The notes beneath the pieces were generated by a model that saw nothing but the letters and a program-made list of their open reading frames with translations, ran no database searches and was not told where the DNA came from. 64,000 bases of DNA from Phoronis australis. Lineage: Eukaryota; Animalia; Phoronida. Positions 1-14,000 of this stretch are shown here, one piece after another. A program made the translations under genes and the position numbers. Numbering within the stretch: the stretch's first letter is position 1; each line of letters begins with the position of its first letter. The stretch covers positions 1,403,999 to 1,467,998 of the forward strand of contig NMRA01000032.1 of assembly GCA_002633005.1 (NCBI GenBank), read 5' to 3'.

Positions 1-199
1 GATATTTCGAAACATACTTGTTTCATTCTCAAGTGAAGATAAAATGACGCAGTAATGCCACCACAGAGTATAAGCTGACGACACACACAGTGAGACACGG
101 CGGGTGTGAAATACTGCAAAGAATGACTAATGAAGGGGGTAACAGGAAAGTCACGCAAACAAGTGTAACGTGCGGCGCAACCCTGTTTGCTGCTCATTC

Positions 200-243
200 A
201 TATATATACATATACATATACATATACATATATATATATATAT
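200..243. repeat. (TA)n/(TACATA)n microsatellite
   Basis: Run of tatata/tacata units; it produces the spurious YTYTYI ORF at 187-384. Confidence 0.9.
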
Positions 244-1299
244 CAAGGTAGACAAGTGAAACTTTCATTTTATTTATCCATAGAGGATAAGCAGCACCAA
301 CTTAATGCTTTACCATGTTCACATTGTGCACCACAGCTACACTCATACAATATCTTGAATAATTGTGGGCCTTCACAACAGTGATAGAAGACCTTGAAAA
401 ATGAAAAAAAAACCCACAGTTTTGGCAAATACTCTTATCTGAAATTGGTGATATTTTACCACACTGTTTCAAAGCTTCCAAAGAACACCTTGAAAATATG
501 ACGCTTTTATCAGTCTCTGGTGACCCTGCTACAAAATTGGATAGTCTACTAAAGAAATTCAAAGACTTTCAGAATTCCAACACTCCAGGTACTTACAATC
601 TTTAATTGGCATAATACAATTATCATGCAAACTTCACTATTACAGTTCAGCTAGAACGATTCACAACTCGTTGGCTAGCCTATTAAACTCCAGTAATTCA
701 CTGAAACTGCCAACCTTAAAGAGACATTCTTGGCAAGGATAGAAATGTTGAAGAAGTCTATGACATCAAACAATAATTCCAAACACACATTTTCTGACTA
801 TAAAACCAATGCTGTCCCTTTAAGAATCTAGATTTTGGATATACGGTACTTGTAACTGCTGGGGTAGAAGCCCAACCTCTGCCCATAAGCCAACCCCCAC
901 TTCTGGATTATTCTCGCACATGTCCACCTTTTCCAGTATAAACCCACCCCACACTGCCCTCAGTCCAGGTCAAATTCATCCTCTTCCCTCATTTGTGTGC
1001 CATGTTGCTAGAAGGGCATGAGGAAAGCTGCCATGACAAAAAATCCCTGCAGCGAACAAATGTACAGGACTATGGGCTTACACACAAATGTCTTGTCATT
1101 TTAATTCGTCTCTGGTAGATTTTCTTGTTTGAAAAGGTGAGGAGGTAGAAATACAGCACCACCAACTTGACTTTCAAATAAACCTCAGACCAGAACCAAC
1201 TATACTTTTTTTGGTCTAAAATGGAAGCCATATTGTTGCAAAAGTTTTATACTGTGTCGGTCCAGTGACTTCGAAAAGAACTCCCCCAAAGTTATTGGA

Positions 1300-1376
1300 C
1301 GACTCTGAGTGCTTTAGTAATGAGAGTGTTGGACTGGCAACTGAAAGGTCCCTGGTTCAAATCCCACCATGTGCCA
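1300..1376 (+). mobile_element. Degenerate tRNA-derived SINE head
   Basis: B-box-like GGTTCAAATCCC at 1354-1365, preceded by a decayed A-box-like TGCTTTAGTAATG at tRNA-like spacing. No intact cloverleaf or TSD seen. Confidence 0.45.
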
Positions 1377-2196
1377 CGAAAAAATTAAATTCTCAAATGG
1401 ACCACCATGAGTGTACCAGACACCTGTGCTTGTTGCAACACCTGAAAATGGCAGGAGAAGTGACTGACCACGGTAATATGCTGTTCCAAACTAAATAGGC
1501 TAGAGGTTGGTAATGGTGTTACTAGACCAACAGATTTTACAAGTGATGTTATGCCAATCCAACTGAGTTGTACTTTTTCCAGCATGAGGACTGTATTCCC
1601 GACTCAGGTGAAAGGTAATTCACAGCAGTAAGAGCATTAGAGATTTCCTAAAAAAGTATAGAGTCTTATTGTGCGGGAATTTAAACTTTAAGGTCAAATA
1701 AACCATTAGTGCCCTTGAACAACAAAAGTGTAATTACCATGTTAGTGAAGATAGGGATGTTAATTGGCAGCTGTCAAAACTTGTTACTAATTACATAACT
1801 TAAAGCTAGCTCAATGTTTACCCAGGACACCCAGTACCTTAATTAGCTTTTCCCAGAATTCCACAGAGCCATCTTCTTACAGGGTAGGAGAAAGACCATT
1901 TTAATCCTTAGAACCATCAACATGATTCCTGCCGACACTGTTTTCATTTTCTAGCAATTCTTCATGAGCTTCTACTTATATTCATTTCCATTAATTTTCT
2001 AGACATGAATTACAATTTTTGACATTTTCCAAGTTTTCCAGGTTATCCGTGACACACTGGAAGCATGTCTAAGAAGTTAAGGCAATTCTTCACTTATTAT
2101 GCACAAAAATAATATTTTCACTTTAATACAAACTGCCCCACTGCAAATAATGGAAACATTGTTTTACGACATCTACACAGTACCAAAATAAAGTAC

Positions 2197-2473
2197 TACG
2201 GTAAAAATTCTCCAATTTGAGACATGGAAACTGTGGCAGAAATTGAAATTTCTTGATTCTAGAATTTGGAACAAGGCGGGATTTTGGCGTTCACCATAAT
2301 TCTCAAATTTCGAACAATGTGTTTTCAATCTACAGAATGGATAATTTTGCCATCTTCTGGTTCTTGAATTTGGGACGACTAATATTGACTATTTTCTAGA
2401 ATTTGGGACAAGTCCTGACCTTGACCTAAGTAATTAATTTTTTACTGTCCTAAATTTGATAATTTTTACCGTA
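2197..2473. mobile_element. MITE with TACGGTAAAAATT...AATTTTTACCGTA termini (Tc1/mariner-like, TA flanks)
   Basis: Terminal inverted repeats (TIRs) are directly visible, with internal ttctagaatttgg(g)a sub-repeats. A related copy lies at 39149-39530. Confidence 0.7.
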
Positions 2474-4418
2474 CTAGACTATAAGTTTGATAAAATATCT
2501 TAAGTTTTCATTGCCAAGTTGTGTGCTAAATTTGAGGGTCTAAGCAAATGTCTTTACTTCCAAACAATTCAAAGATTGTTTAAAAGTTACAGTAGTATTT
2601 TGCCCCTGCTTAGCTGTCAATGCTGAATTTTTATCCAAAGCACCGGGATTAAAACACAATATCACACTCATCTCATCCTGAATTGTTGCCGAATGAGCCA
2701 GGATCTTAAGTCACAAGCAATGCGTAATACATGTACATTTTCAATTTCGCAATTTGAGTTGAGGTTTGGTGACAATCTCAATAAACTTCAAAACATTTTC
2801 TTGAATTGCTGTTGGTTTCCATAATCTTGTTGGTGATGGAAATAGAATCCTATCACGGCAAGGGATATTATAAAACACAAAATAAAGAACAAAAATTAAA
2901 ATGTGCACCATTTTAATTATCACATTGTGTATCCTTCAAAAGTCATAAAAAATGGTAATTTTCCACTCATTTCACACAAAATGCATTACCTGCATTTGGG
3001 CTATGCCAAATAAACTGACTTCTAGCTGACAGGGTAACCAAGCATCACCAACCACCTGTGTGGACTTAAATGACATGTCCCCCAGGTTGCAAATATGATC
3101 TGTTCCTATATAAGAATTCTTTAACCATTGACAGAACTCCCTTTTGAGGATAGACCTCTGATCAACATGAAATTTATCCAGGTCACCCCCTTCACGACAT
3201 GTTAACAACAGCGTGAGATATCTGGTGAATATACCTACAATGTTCAGACCTTATTAACACAGTTAACGAGGTGTGTATTACAAAAAATAATGACAGAACT
3301 TTGCCTTGACATTTTCTGAAGTGCAAAACTCACTGTCCGCGAATTAAGTGAAACAAGAAATTCCCACCAAGTAGCCTTGAGCATAGTAAGTGATGGACAA
3401 AATTTTATTTTTCCAATAATTTTGGGTGTGCAAAATGCGACCGTGCTAAATACGTGGAGAATTACCGTACTAGTTATTTGGGTACACCAAATAGTCTCCA
3501 CGAAAATGAAAAATGTCCTTCCGGGACTTGTTTGCTTGGATTTGAACAAGTGTTGTCTTACTTATTCAAGAAGAGAAATATTCCTAAGCTGTGAAAACAT
3601 AGAGATTAACAGAATGTTAAATGCCTTCTCGGAAAATCCCACACCTGAAGTTGCATTGTGACCTGACAGGTGCCTGGAGAATGTATGACATTACCTGAAA
3701 GACAAATCAATCATGACGGACTAACAGGTTCTCAATAAATACATTTTTAGTACATTTTTAGTACGTGTCAGGTGAAGGCAGAAGACGCCGTAGAACAGAA
3801 AAATGATTTCAGACTGAATTGCTGTTTTCTGAGCAACGTAATCCTGAAATATATACCATGTCATTGGAGTGGTGATAGAGTATTCGTGGTTGAAGTTCAG
3901 CGCAACCTTCAGGTCAGATGATGTGGAGGTAAATTAAAAAAATTAGTGGAACTTTGCAGCGTTTCGCTATAATTCGTTACGATTGTCATGCCGTCATCAA
4001 ATAAACACTTTTGGGTGGTGGTGATTTGCTCAAATGATTCAGGAAAACAGCATCATTGCATAATGTCAGGGGAAGAAGTTACGAGTTCCCTTCATCAAGT
4101 CTGCCTTATTCGCCATAAACTGAGGCAGGATCAAGCGGAAATCATTTCCTTGCCTCACAAAACTGAAGAGTGGTATGCAGAATGTTTGTTTTTCAGAAAA
4201 AGCTTTCTCGCAGTCTCACAATTACTGTCAGCATGAACTGTCATTATACTGCCCACGATTTGAGAATAAATGAAGCAAACCAGACCGTCGACAGGTTATC
4301 AAAAGACATTGACCCTCTGAATCAGACACATAAACATCAAGTACAATATCAAGAGAAAATCGGAAAGTGATGACCTCAAAGACCTGCGTAATCACCACAG
4401 TGGAGATGTGATGAGCTG

Positions 4419-4543
4419 TGACTGAAAGCGTGAGCATTTTACAGAACAGGGATGTTTCCATAGTGACTTGACTTTCCATCTTTGACTGAAAGCGTGAGCA
4501 TTTTACAGAACAGGGATGTTTCCAAAGTGATTTGACTTTCCAT
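4419..4543. repeat. Tandem duplication, 64-bp period, 2 copies
   Basis: tgactgaaagcgtgagcattttacagaacagggatgtttcca... starts at 4419 and at 4483, with about 2 substitutions between copies. Confidence 0.9.
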
Positions 4544-4858
4544 TCAGTTTCCGGCAATCAAAATACCACTGGGAATTAGTAGGTTTTATTTCCAGGTCAT
4601 GTTGTGAGTTCAACAAGAGAGGAGTGTTTCAAACCGCATACAACCTTCCATTCAGTTTCACGCTTTCGGTCAAATCATCAACATACTACTAGGCAATTAA
4701 TAGTTTATTCCTAATCAAGCTATCTTAACAGTAAACATGATTAACAAGCTTCTGTGGGAATTCTCAATGACATACATGTGGTTAAGTAATTAGGGACACA
4801 AACAGGTTAATTACAATTAATTACCAATAACTACTTAAATGTACCAAAGTATGTACAG

Positions 4859-4894
4859 CATGTAATTACATGTAATTACATGTAATTACACGTA
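4859..4894. repeat. 10-bp tandem repeat (CATGTAATTA)x3+
   Basis: catgtaattacatgtaattacatgtaattacacgta; the array is self-complementary. Confidence 0.8.
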
Positions 4895-5442
4895 GTATTT
4901 AATCGTGTTCTGGCTCGTTATTGCCAAACGGTCAGAAGACTTTTTAAAAAAGCAAATTTTCCAAAGAAAGTTCATGACACTTATTTCAAAATTCCCTGCA
5001 GCTTGAATCGAATACAACACAACAACAACAAAAAACAAACAACACTAAAGCAACAACAACAGCAACTTCTAAGATAGGTGACAATATAAAAGACAAAATT
5101 GATCGAGCATGCCAAAGTTCACTTTCAAATTTCTTAACTGGAACATTATAAAGTCAGACCAAATATCGTTTTCCCATCATGACTGCGAATTCCGTTAATT
5201 ACTAGAAATAATTACTAGGGCAGCAAAATTCTAATTACAGAATGACTTAGACACATTATTAACTGTCCTGTTAATTCCCCCTCATTCTCTGTCATCAGGG
5301 GAGACTACTCTGACCATGAATCTGGCTTATTTCCGGGTTAATTTGTCTGAATACTTGGCTTGTACTGTAACTCTGGTTGGTTGTTGACATGGCATACTTA
5401 CACCAGAACACAAGAATATTCTAGATACCTCTGTACTTCTGA

Positions 5443-5446
5443 GTGT

Positions 5447-5534
<88 letters not shown>

Positions 5535-5549
5535 GTGCGTGTTTGTGTG
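5443..5549. repeat. (GT)n microsatellite
   Basis: About 100-bp GT dinucleotide run; source of the spurious VCVC/HTHT ORFs. Confidence 0.97.
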
Positions 5550-6782
5550 CGGTACTGTGGAGTTGAGACAACATTAATTCTGACGAATATGACGAAAACA
5601 TTACACTATTAGTTCAAAAAAGATTTGGTTTTTACACATTTTTACATCTAAAATATATGTGACTTGAGACTGAAGGGGAATTGCTGAAAGCATACCTTCC
5701 AGAACAGAATGTTATTTGAAAGCCCTTAACTAAATGCACATCAAATCTTGATAAATCTTAGGGATGTGACACAGTCAACCAATGAAAGACAACTCAACAT
5801 TTTTAGCACAGAAAATAGGCCATTTTTTGCACATATCACTGGTAATTCTAAGCCACGGTATTATAAATATACACAAAAGATTGAAACAGTGTTCCAATGT
5901 TAACAAACTAAGGACAATATTATTTTTTGAATTGCAAACTAGTCTCAATTTAACAATAAATGATGCAATACAACTAAGGCTTTTGAGTTTTTTACTGCAC
6001 CTCGGGTGAGGCCAGGTAAAAGGTGTTATTCATTAGAGCACAGGTGAGGATATGCAATGATTCCCTGTTATTATGCAACACAACTTAAGATGTCAATTAG
6101 CCAGCCCAAATACTTATGACCAGCTTGAAAACAAATCACAACAAACTGGTCTGTTGATGCGCCCGTAATGCTCATGTCTGCTAGACTCTGCTGGAGATGA
6201 ACACAAGGGAAATCCTGTACTATTTGCATTAAGTTGATGACGAGCACCGCATTTTCAATTCCTCACGTGGAACAATGATAATCCCACAGGCGATGCAAAG
6301 ACAAACAGCCCGAGTCAAGAATGATTAGCAACTACACGACACTGTCTATTAATCCTACAAGTTGATTGCTTTTTCTGCTTACTAAGATACTACATTGATC
6401 AGTACTTAGTTTAGATTCCCCTTGAGTTTAGGCCTGCAATTGAGGCAGAAAAAAAATTATGCACCAGCAACTCTCAAAAAGCAGAAGGACTACAACTAAT
6501 GTAAACCCCCACAATTGAAACACGAGAGATCCAGTCTTCTATACTACAACCCCGATTGCTGGAATGTTTTGAAGTTATAGTAGGGTCACTGAATTAAGTG
6601 TCACACAAACTCCAGCAATCAAAATTAGTTTGCATAATACGTCTTTAACAAAAACTACAGTTTTACACAAAAAAGTGAGTAGTTGCGCACAAGTAATTAA
6701 GATTTATTCAAAACTTTTCCTTCAACAGACTGTTTTAATACGTTCACATCCATAGGAACAACCAAGTTCCAAAAACACATAA

Positions 6783-7011
6783 TACGGTAAAATTTCCTTG
6801 ATTCATGATACAATACGGCTGACAAATGAAATTTTATTTTCTCACTTTTTTCATAAAACTTAAGCAGCACAAAATGAATGCCAAAATATTTTCAAAGGCG
6901 TATACCACAGCTACCACCAGACAATATCTCTTACAAATTGTGAGCATTCACAGTGAAAAAATACCAATTTTGGCAATTATTTTTGTCCGAAATCTGTGAG
7001 ATTTTACCGCA
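6783..7011. mobile_element. MITE of a high-copy family (TACGGTAAAA...TTTTACCGCA termini, internal CACAATATGGCCGACAAGTGAAATT motif)
   Basis: TIRs visible. The internal motif recurs in either orientation near 11050, 11810, 19225, 21645, 22765, 24745, 29115, 31845, 35705 and 55105. Confidence 0.65.
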
Positions 7012-8043
7012 CTGAAATTCAAGGTTCATAGGTGGCAGAAGATCAAGATCTACATGGTGGATGATCATAGGTGATAAAAAGAGTATTATTATAAGGGGAC
7101 CCCTCTACAAAGAATTGCCAAAAAAGAATGCGTTGTAAACCAATGGGGAGGCATTATGTTCCCTAGAGGAACTGAAGTACTTGATAGTAGAGAATATTCA
7201 GTTACCACAACCAAAATGCTGCAGTTTCACTATTTGAAAAGTATTATAATCTGTGATAGAACGCAGCTTTCATGTCTCAAAGTTGTAAGTCTAATTGTGT
7301 GCGTCACCATCTACAGGCATTGTTACATTCTGTCCCAATCATGGACAACCACAAACAACTAGAGCTCCTTTTGAGCAAGAATCACACTAAATCATTACGC
7401 AGCAAGATATAATTTGATGCTTTCACTGCATGCCTGTTGTGAACATTGACAGTTAGTAGGGCAGTATTGACTGTGTGTGAGCATCAGTTCAGCATATTTG
7501 AACCATGATGTGCGAAGGCTTGACTGTGATATCTGCAGTCTGATTGACAACTTACCTACAATTGCAGTTACCTCTCATTAAATGGATAATCCAGACATTG
7601 GCGGGATCAATCTATCCCTAAACAGTCTGAGCTGTCTTTTGTCCAGTATTACAACAGACAATGTAAATGGGCATTTATTTTGCATCATGTTAGTTTGCAC
7701 TGCGACAAAGTTATCATCCAAACACAGCATTACTTTTACGCACATGGGTCACATGGAAATTTCAGGTAAGTACCTGCAGTAGAGTTATTGGATACGGATA
7801 ACTCTTGGAGAAAAAGGTATATAACATTTATTAAGGTCAAAAAACATTTCAAAGAGAGCATCAGCATTTAAGGAAAAAAGCAAAACCCTACAAAGGGGTG
7901 CCACTTGTCGACGATAACAGTGACACCATAGACGACGTCCACGACATTAATTCGAAATTTCATTTTGCCATGTAATATATAAGTTTACTATAAATAAATG
8001 TAAGCACTTAATTTTGCTTATTTATGTGCAAACTCTGTCCTAC

Positions 8044-11000
8044 CTGCCTGGCGACCAGGTCGTCCCTACAGTCACTCAGATTGATACGGTGGTGCCGTTT
8101 GGGGTTACCTTCGACCCAACCTGTGTTGAAAATGACATGATTAATGCCGAGACAGTAAGTAAGAGTTTTCAGAACTAAGAGAAAAATTTTTGGCCCGTGT
8201 CCCAACAGAGGAAATTTCTGACAGTAAGCCATAGGGTGAGCATTCGGAATGTGGAGTATTTTCACCTTAAACTCCAAGCATAAGTATGCGCCTCAAACAC
8301 AAAATGTGGCAGCAGCACTGACAGGACCAATTGTATGCTTAACATAATTTATGGTAACAAACCCTAAAAAGTATTGAACTAAATATTTACCCTTTCTCAT
8401 ATAGCCTTGTTTGCACCTGATACTTGCTAAGACTGTTAATTAGGGAAACCCTACAAACCATGTTGCATTGTGGGTAAATACCTTAGAATGAACGTGGCGG
8501 GGTGCCATTTCAGGACGATCCTATTAGGGTTATATAAGAATTGGGCTTAATATTAAACAAACTTGAAAACACATTGTTTAGTTTATTTTCTTTAGTACAG
8601 TTTACTTGCCGACTTGATCTTGTATATACGTCCTCATCTCCTTCACACCAGGAATGTCATCCATGTGGTGCCAGCCATCTCTAGTGATCTCATGCAGACG
8701 TTTGCACACGTGTGGGTTTGGGAACAAGATTTCTTCTGAATGTGGTGCCACCGGCACAACGATGGGTCCTAAAATAGAAGGGAAAACCCGCTACGCACCA
8801 TGGCAACAGTCTATAGTATTTACCATGGCTACAAAAAATGGACTGAAACTTGGAATGTGGCACTCTTTGATTGTCAACATTTAGCAAAATACAGGTGACA
8901 TATTGGAAACTTTCGATAAAAATTGCAAAGTTTTGATGTTACGCGTTTCACAAAGCCCAGCCATAGTAATTTTGTAGCTCACTGGACAGTTGGAGTATAG
9001 TGGTGAACTGTTGACAGTCTAGTGATAGGTCGATTAGAGTAATGTGAACAAAAATCATCAGAATCAAATGCGTCAAAAATGATAAAAGTAATAAAATTAG
9101 TAGTTGAATTTTCTAACAGTTCTTGCCCATCTCTTGAACAGTATTGCACAACAAGCAAAAAAACGTGGGAATTGTGGATGGCAGTACACTATATTTGAAG
9201 CTATTATTTGTGACCTCACTTCTTACCACTAGAGACCTCTGTGAGATCAGGAAATCACTAATACAAAATTAAGTCAAATACTAAACCTGTAAAGTGCATG
9301 GGCTAGTAAGCCAACGCAATAAAATTGCACACCACTGAGATATTTTGAATATAAGACAATTAAAAGCAACTATTTGCTAACATTAGGTAAATAAAAATCA
9401 CACTAAGTTCTAGTTTCCACATCTACAGACGAGAGAGGATAATCTAAATGAAGGTCATACTCTTATTTAAATTCAAGGTCAATCGTATAAATTTCCCAAA
9501 AGATTGTGATAAATCTGAAGTTTCCATTGTATTTCTTTCAAGCGCACTAATATTTCACAATCTGTCAATCATTAGTTTGTGGAAATTTGATCTTTCCAAA
9601 CGTGTTGTAATGTTCATCTATCTCAGCTACAAAAAGAACAGGGGTCTGCCTCATGAAAGTGGCTGCCTCCCACTTCAAAATTGCTAAAAAGTTTTATTAG
9701 TTAATGAATCATGCTCTAGAAAAAATATAGAAATTACTGCAGTAACTAGCAGCTATGCGTACATTCTCAGAGAGTTTTAGCAGCTATGCGTACATTCTCA
9801 GAGTGTTAATTAGTTTTTTGAAATAGTTGCGTAGAGCGTAAGACCAAATTTTTTACTTAACTCTTAACTCAATTTTTATGAAACTGACACCAGTGGCCGG
9901 TTGAAATAGTCCCAGTGAGATAGGAACACACCTAAGTTTCCTAAACAGTCCCAGATAAGGACTCACCTAAGTTCCCTAAATCTTTTGTGCATTGGTGTCA
10001 TTATTTTCACACAGATGTAAATTTTTCTACCACATTATCTTTATTACGAATTCATCTGTGAATAATGACAATTTTTTAAATTAATAGTTTAGTAACTAGG
10101 GACTTAGTGATTAAGTTAGGGGCGTTGCATGAAAAGATCCCTACTTATTTTCAATAATATTGAAAATTCAACGTAGATTTCACTCTTGATTTGCATCAAA
10201 GCAAAAATTGACTTATTAAATGAAACTAAAACACCACAAGAAAGGACAATTAGTGTTTTTACAAGTACACAAAAATGCAGTAGATTAAGGGAAGTTAGTT
10301 GAATCTCTATTTGGGAGTGTTTTGCGCAACTGGGCAAAGATGAAACTGCAAGTTACCTTTTTCATCAAAATACTGTTCGCCAAACAAACCCACCACCACA
10401 CAAATGGCAGACTTTATTGTGCGTGTAATATTTGTAGATCTCAGACTGAAACCAGAAAAACACAGTTAGTCACAATGAGTGTTAAGAGGTCCATACCAAA
10501 CTGCACGGTCTGTGTTGAATGATCTTTTTGCAGAAGTAGAAACATTTACTGGTTGATTGACTTAATTTGCAAAACGTAATAAGTTTTTGGTATCAACATT
10601 ATGGCAGTACAACTTGGCTTTAGAACGATGAATGTCAATGATATTGTTGTAAAATAGTGGCTGTTTATCCCTCAAGATATTTGATGACTAAGTGCAAGAC
10701 AGATAGTGCACGACAAAGTTCAACAATTTCCAACAAAATGATTGTGCTAAAATAAAACATTTTTCATTTTCCAAAGGCTTTTAATTACTTCTAAATATGT
10801 TACGTATTAATTTGGAAGATACAGTACATGCCAAAACTGACCAGACAAAATGACTAAAAATTCTGTCATGACAACCGAGCGCAAGTGGAATTCACCATCA
10901 GACTGACCAGAGTGATCTGTCAGGACCGGAAAACGGAATTATGCAAGTCTGACTACTTTTGACTTTGTAATGCACAATAGCGTTTAAAAATGAAATTTGT

Positions 11001-14000
11001 ACAACTTATCTTTCAAGAAAAACGGGAAACATAAAATTTCTCTAATTTGTCTGCCATATAGCGTCCTATAGTTGGTGAGATATTACGGTTAACATCTTGG
11101 ATGGTTGAAGCATGATTTTGTAGCATAATGACAGTGATTTAGATTTTGATAATGAGTTTGCAAGCATTTCTACACAATCTATCCTTCAGCTGGTGAACAG
11201 CACATTAGAGTTCAACACGAAATTACACGGCTATAAACACCTAGATTCTGGCACAAAAAATAATTTTTTGATTCAGGCTGCTATGTTATGAAATTGGTAT
11301 CAAGAGGTGATCTCTCGGATAGGAAAGAACAGGTAGTTTGTTATCACTTGATATCAGTTGCGGGTAATTTTATGTGTCGAGCATTGTCTTACGCAATAAC
11401 GAACAACCAATTCTTTTCAATTGCAGAAATCACCTTTGACTAATGAAAATTGAAGATCAGTTTCACAACAGTAAGAGGTCAAAGACATCAGTTAGTTTTT
11501 GTTATGGAAGGGGTTCATAGTCGCTTTAAATGAAAAGTATGTTTAGTCAATGTAAAGCAGGTTAATAGGGAATGTTGAGAAATTGAAAACTTATGTAGTG
11601 ACACTGGATAACAGTCAGCCATAGACCATCAGAGCCAGTGCTGAAGCTAATTGTATGGCAACACCTCACAAATCTATGACACGAAATAGTCAACAATTGT
11701 TAGGAATGCCCTTAAAATGTTGCATGATTGTAGTTACGGCGAAGAACTTAAATATGATTTATTTGGTGAAAATCATCTTTAATGAATAAATCAAAAATAA
11801 ATTTCACATGACTGCCATATTGTGTCCTAAATTGGTGAGTGTGTACCACACGTTTGTGACTGTAAAGTACCAAGAAAGTGTTTTCAAAGCAATTGGTTGT
11901 GAAATTAATCAATACACTACCATACCAGTGGATAGTAATCAGTCATAAATCATCTAAGCCAGTAAGGAAACAATATGCAGCATCCATTCAACTTACTACA
12001 CTTCATGGTTGAAATAGTCTGGACCAATCAGAGGCACGTCCTCCATATACGCCTTTCTTAGAGCGCGACCCAATTGGTAACATTGGTCTTGACCCAGTTT
12101 GGTGAGTTGACCAGCAACACAACCTCCCTACAACATAGCAAAGGTGTTTTGAATGACTGGGATATCAGTAGAGAAGTAACGCAATTGCTTCATTAATGTT
12201 GCCCCACATTTGTGAAATAAGATGACGATGCATGCTGGTGTAAAGAGGAAAAACCCTTTTGCATTTCCACTATGCTCACTCATCAATAAATGACAGGAAA
12301 CATCCTTCATGCAGGATTAGTGTACACCAGGCAAGATATTCAGGAAACTGCAAACAATATGTGAAATAAAAATTTGACAAATGAAGCAAACCAAAGTGTA
12401 TAAAGTATCCAAAACTAGAACTAATTTTAAATCAACCCAGAACAAAATTGTGCTGTTCATTAATGCAGCAGAGAAGAATGCTGCAAAGCTTACTTTCAAC
12501 TTGGTTTTGTAATAGTTCTTGTCGAGCGGGGAGTAAGGTTTGAGTCCTCCTTTAAGATCAGTGACTACAAACTGGGCGTTCGCGTATGGTAGATCTGGCA
12601 TTAAAAACTTCTCCTCATAAACAGCCTGCAATAACAAGACAACGGAATGACTACAGTTGAAAAAAATGACAATTATGGCAATTATTTCTCCATGAAATAA
12701 GTGGAGTATAATTATACTTGGGAACAGCGCACTGTGACAAAATGTAATCACAGATCAGAGTTTCAATGTATGCCATCTGTTGCATCATCTCTGTTGTATG
12801 TTTGGAAAATTATCCTTTATAGAGACAACAGAGTAAGATTTAGATGCTTCAGTTTGCTCTGAAAATCTGTGGACTGCGCAGTGAATCATCTGGCTGGAAC
12901 TCAACTTTATCAATCTTTGAGGTGAACAAACGTTTTTACAAGCTTCAATACAATTTGCTTCCCTGTGTGCAGCATGTTAATGATAATCTCATACAAATTT
13001 AAAATAAAAAAGCAATATATATGAACAAATACTGAAAGTGGACATGAACCCGCATTTTCTTCAGGAAACTTTGGACTCAGACCACTCGCAAATATTAACC
13101 GATCTCAACTTGTTCCACGCCAGGAAGACAAGTGGCTTGTGGGTAGAAAAATGACAGTTCGTTATTATTTGATAACATGCTCGGTGCACAAAATGACCCG
13201 CCGCAACAAGTCGACTTGTGGAGCATGGTCTCATCCAATGATGCACTGTCATTTCTTTCCAAGTCAAAATCAGTTCTAATTCGAGACAGATTTCACAATA
13301 GTAAAAATCAAAAATTAGTTGTTGCGACAGAAAGCAGGTTAAAACTCGCTTTGAAGTAAAAGTAAATTCTAAGCATGTGAACTACCTTCGTCTCATGACA
13401 CTGACTTACCTGTTCAAGAAGAGGTATAATTTTTATGGGAGTTCTGGCTCCATGTCTAAAGAAGACTTGAACACATCGCAGGCGAAGGTTTTCAAGGGAA
13501 GGTGCTTCCTCCAGATAGCGGGCATTTGGACTAGCTGAAAATTTACAAAAAAAACAATGTTAAGTTTACTGAAAAATCATGTACAAGGCAATGCTCCAAA
13601 GGGTACCCCCCACCGTTGACAAAGAAAACAAGAATGCATCACTGAACATTATGCTTTTTTTCTGGATGAAAGAAATAGCTGCATACAATCACAAAATAAT
13701 TTGCCTGTAAACCTGTTTTATGATGATATTTTAAATCTTCATTGGGTGCACACAATTTCGAAATTGGGTAGAGTATTGCCTGGGTAACTTTGAGCCACTT
13801 GAACAAGAAAAATTAATTCCAGACATTTCTACTGAAATTCAAATTATGTTCGAATTACCAGTTGAAGAATATTTTCAGTGCTAGCCACATACTTTGTATT
13901 TGCTTCATCAACCTCAGTAGAAAATCAATAACCAAATTAAAACTCTATTGCTTCAGTTATTAATAGATTTTGCACACTTAAATTATACCATTGCACCGAT

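Noticed and set aside
187-384. ORF with YTYTYI repeats
   Set aside because: It is the translation of a TA/TACA microsatellite.
2972-3233. Minus-strand open stretch with AG/GT borders, considered as a missing ACP6 exon
   Set aside because: The open frame needs phase 1 while the preceding ACP6 exon ends in phase 0, and the peptide does not resemble the ACP6 C-terminus or any family I recognise.
5360-5601. Overlapping VCVC / HTHT repeat ORFs
   Set aside because: They are translations of the (GT)n microsatellite.
12317-12751. 144-aa ORF as a stand-alone membrane protein
   Set aside because: Only 12625-12494 is coding (an ACP6 exon); the hydrophobic flanks are T-rich intron.
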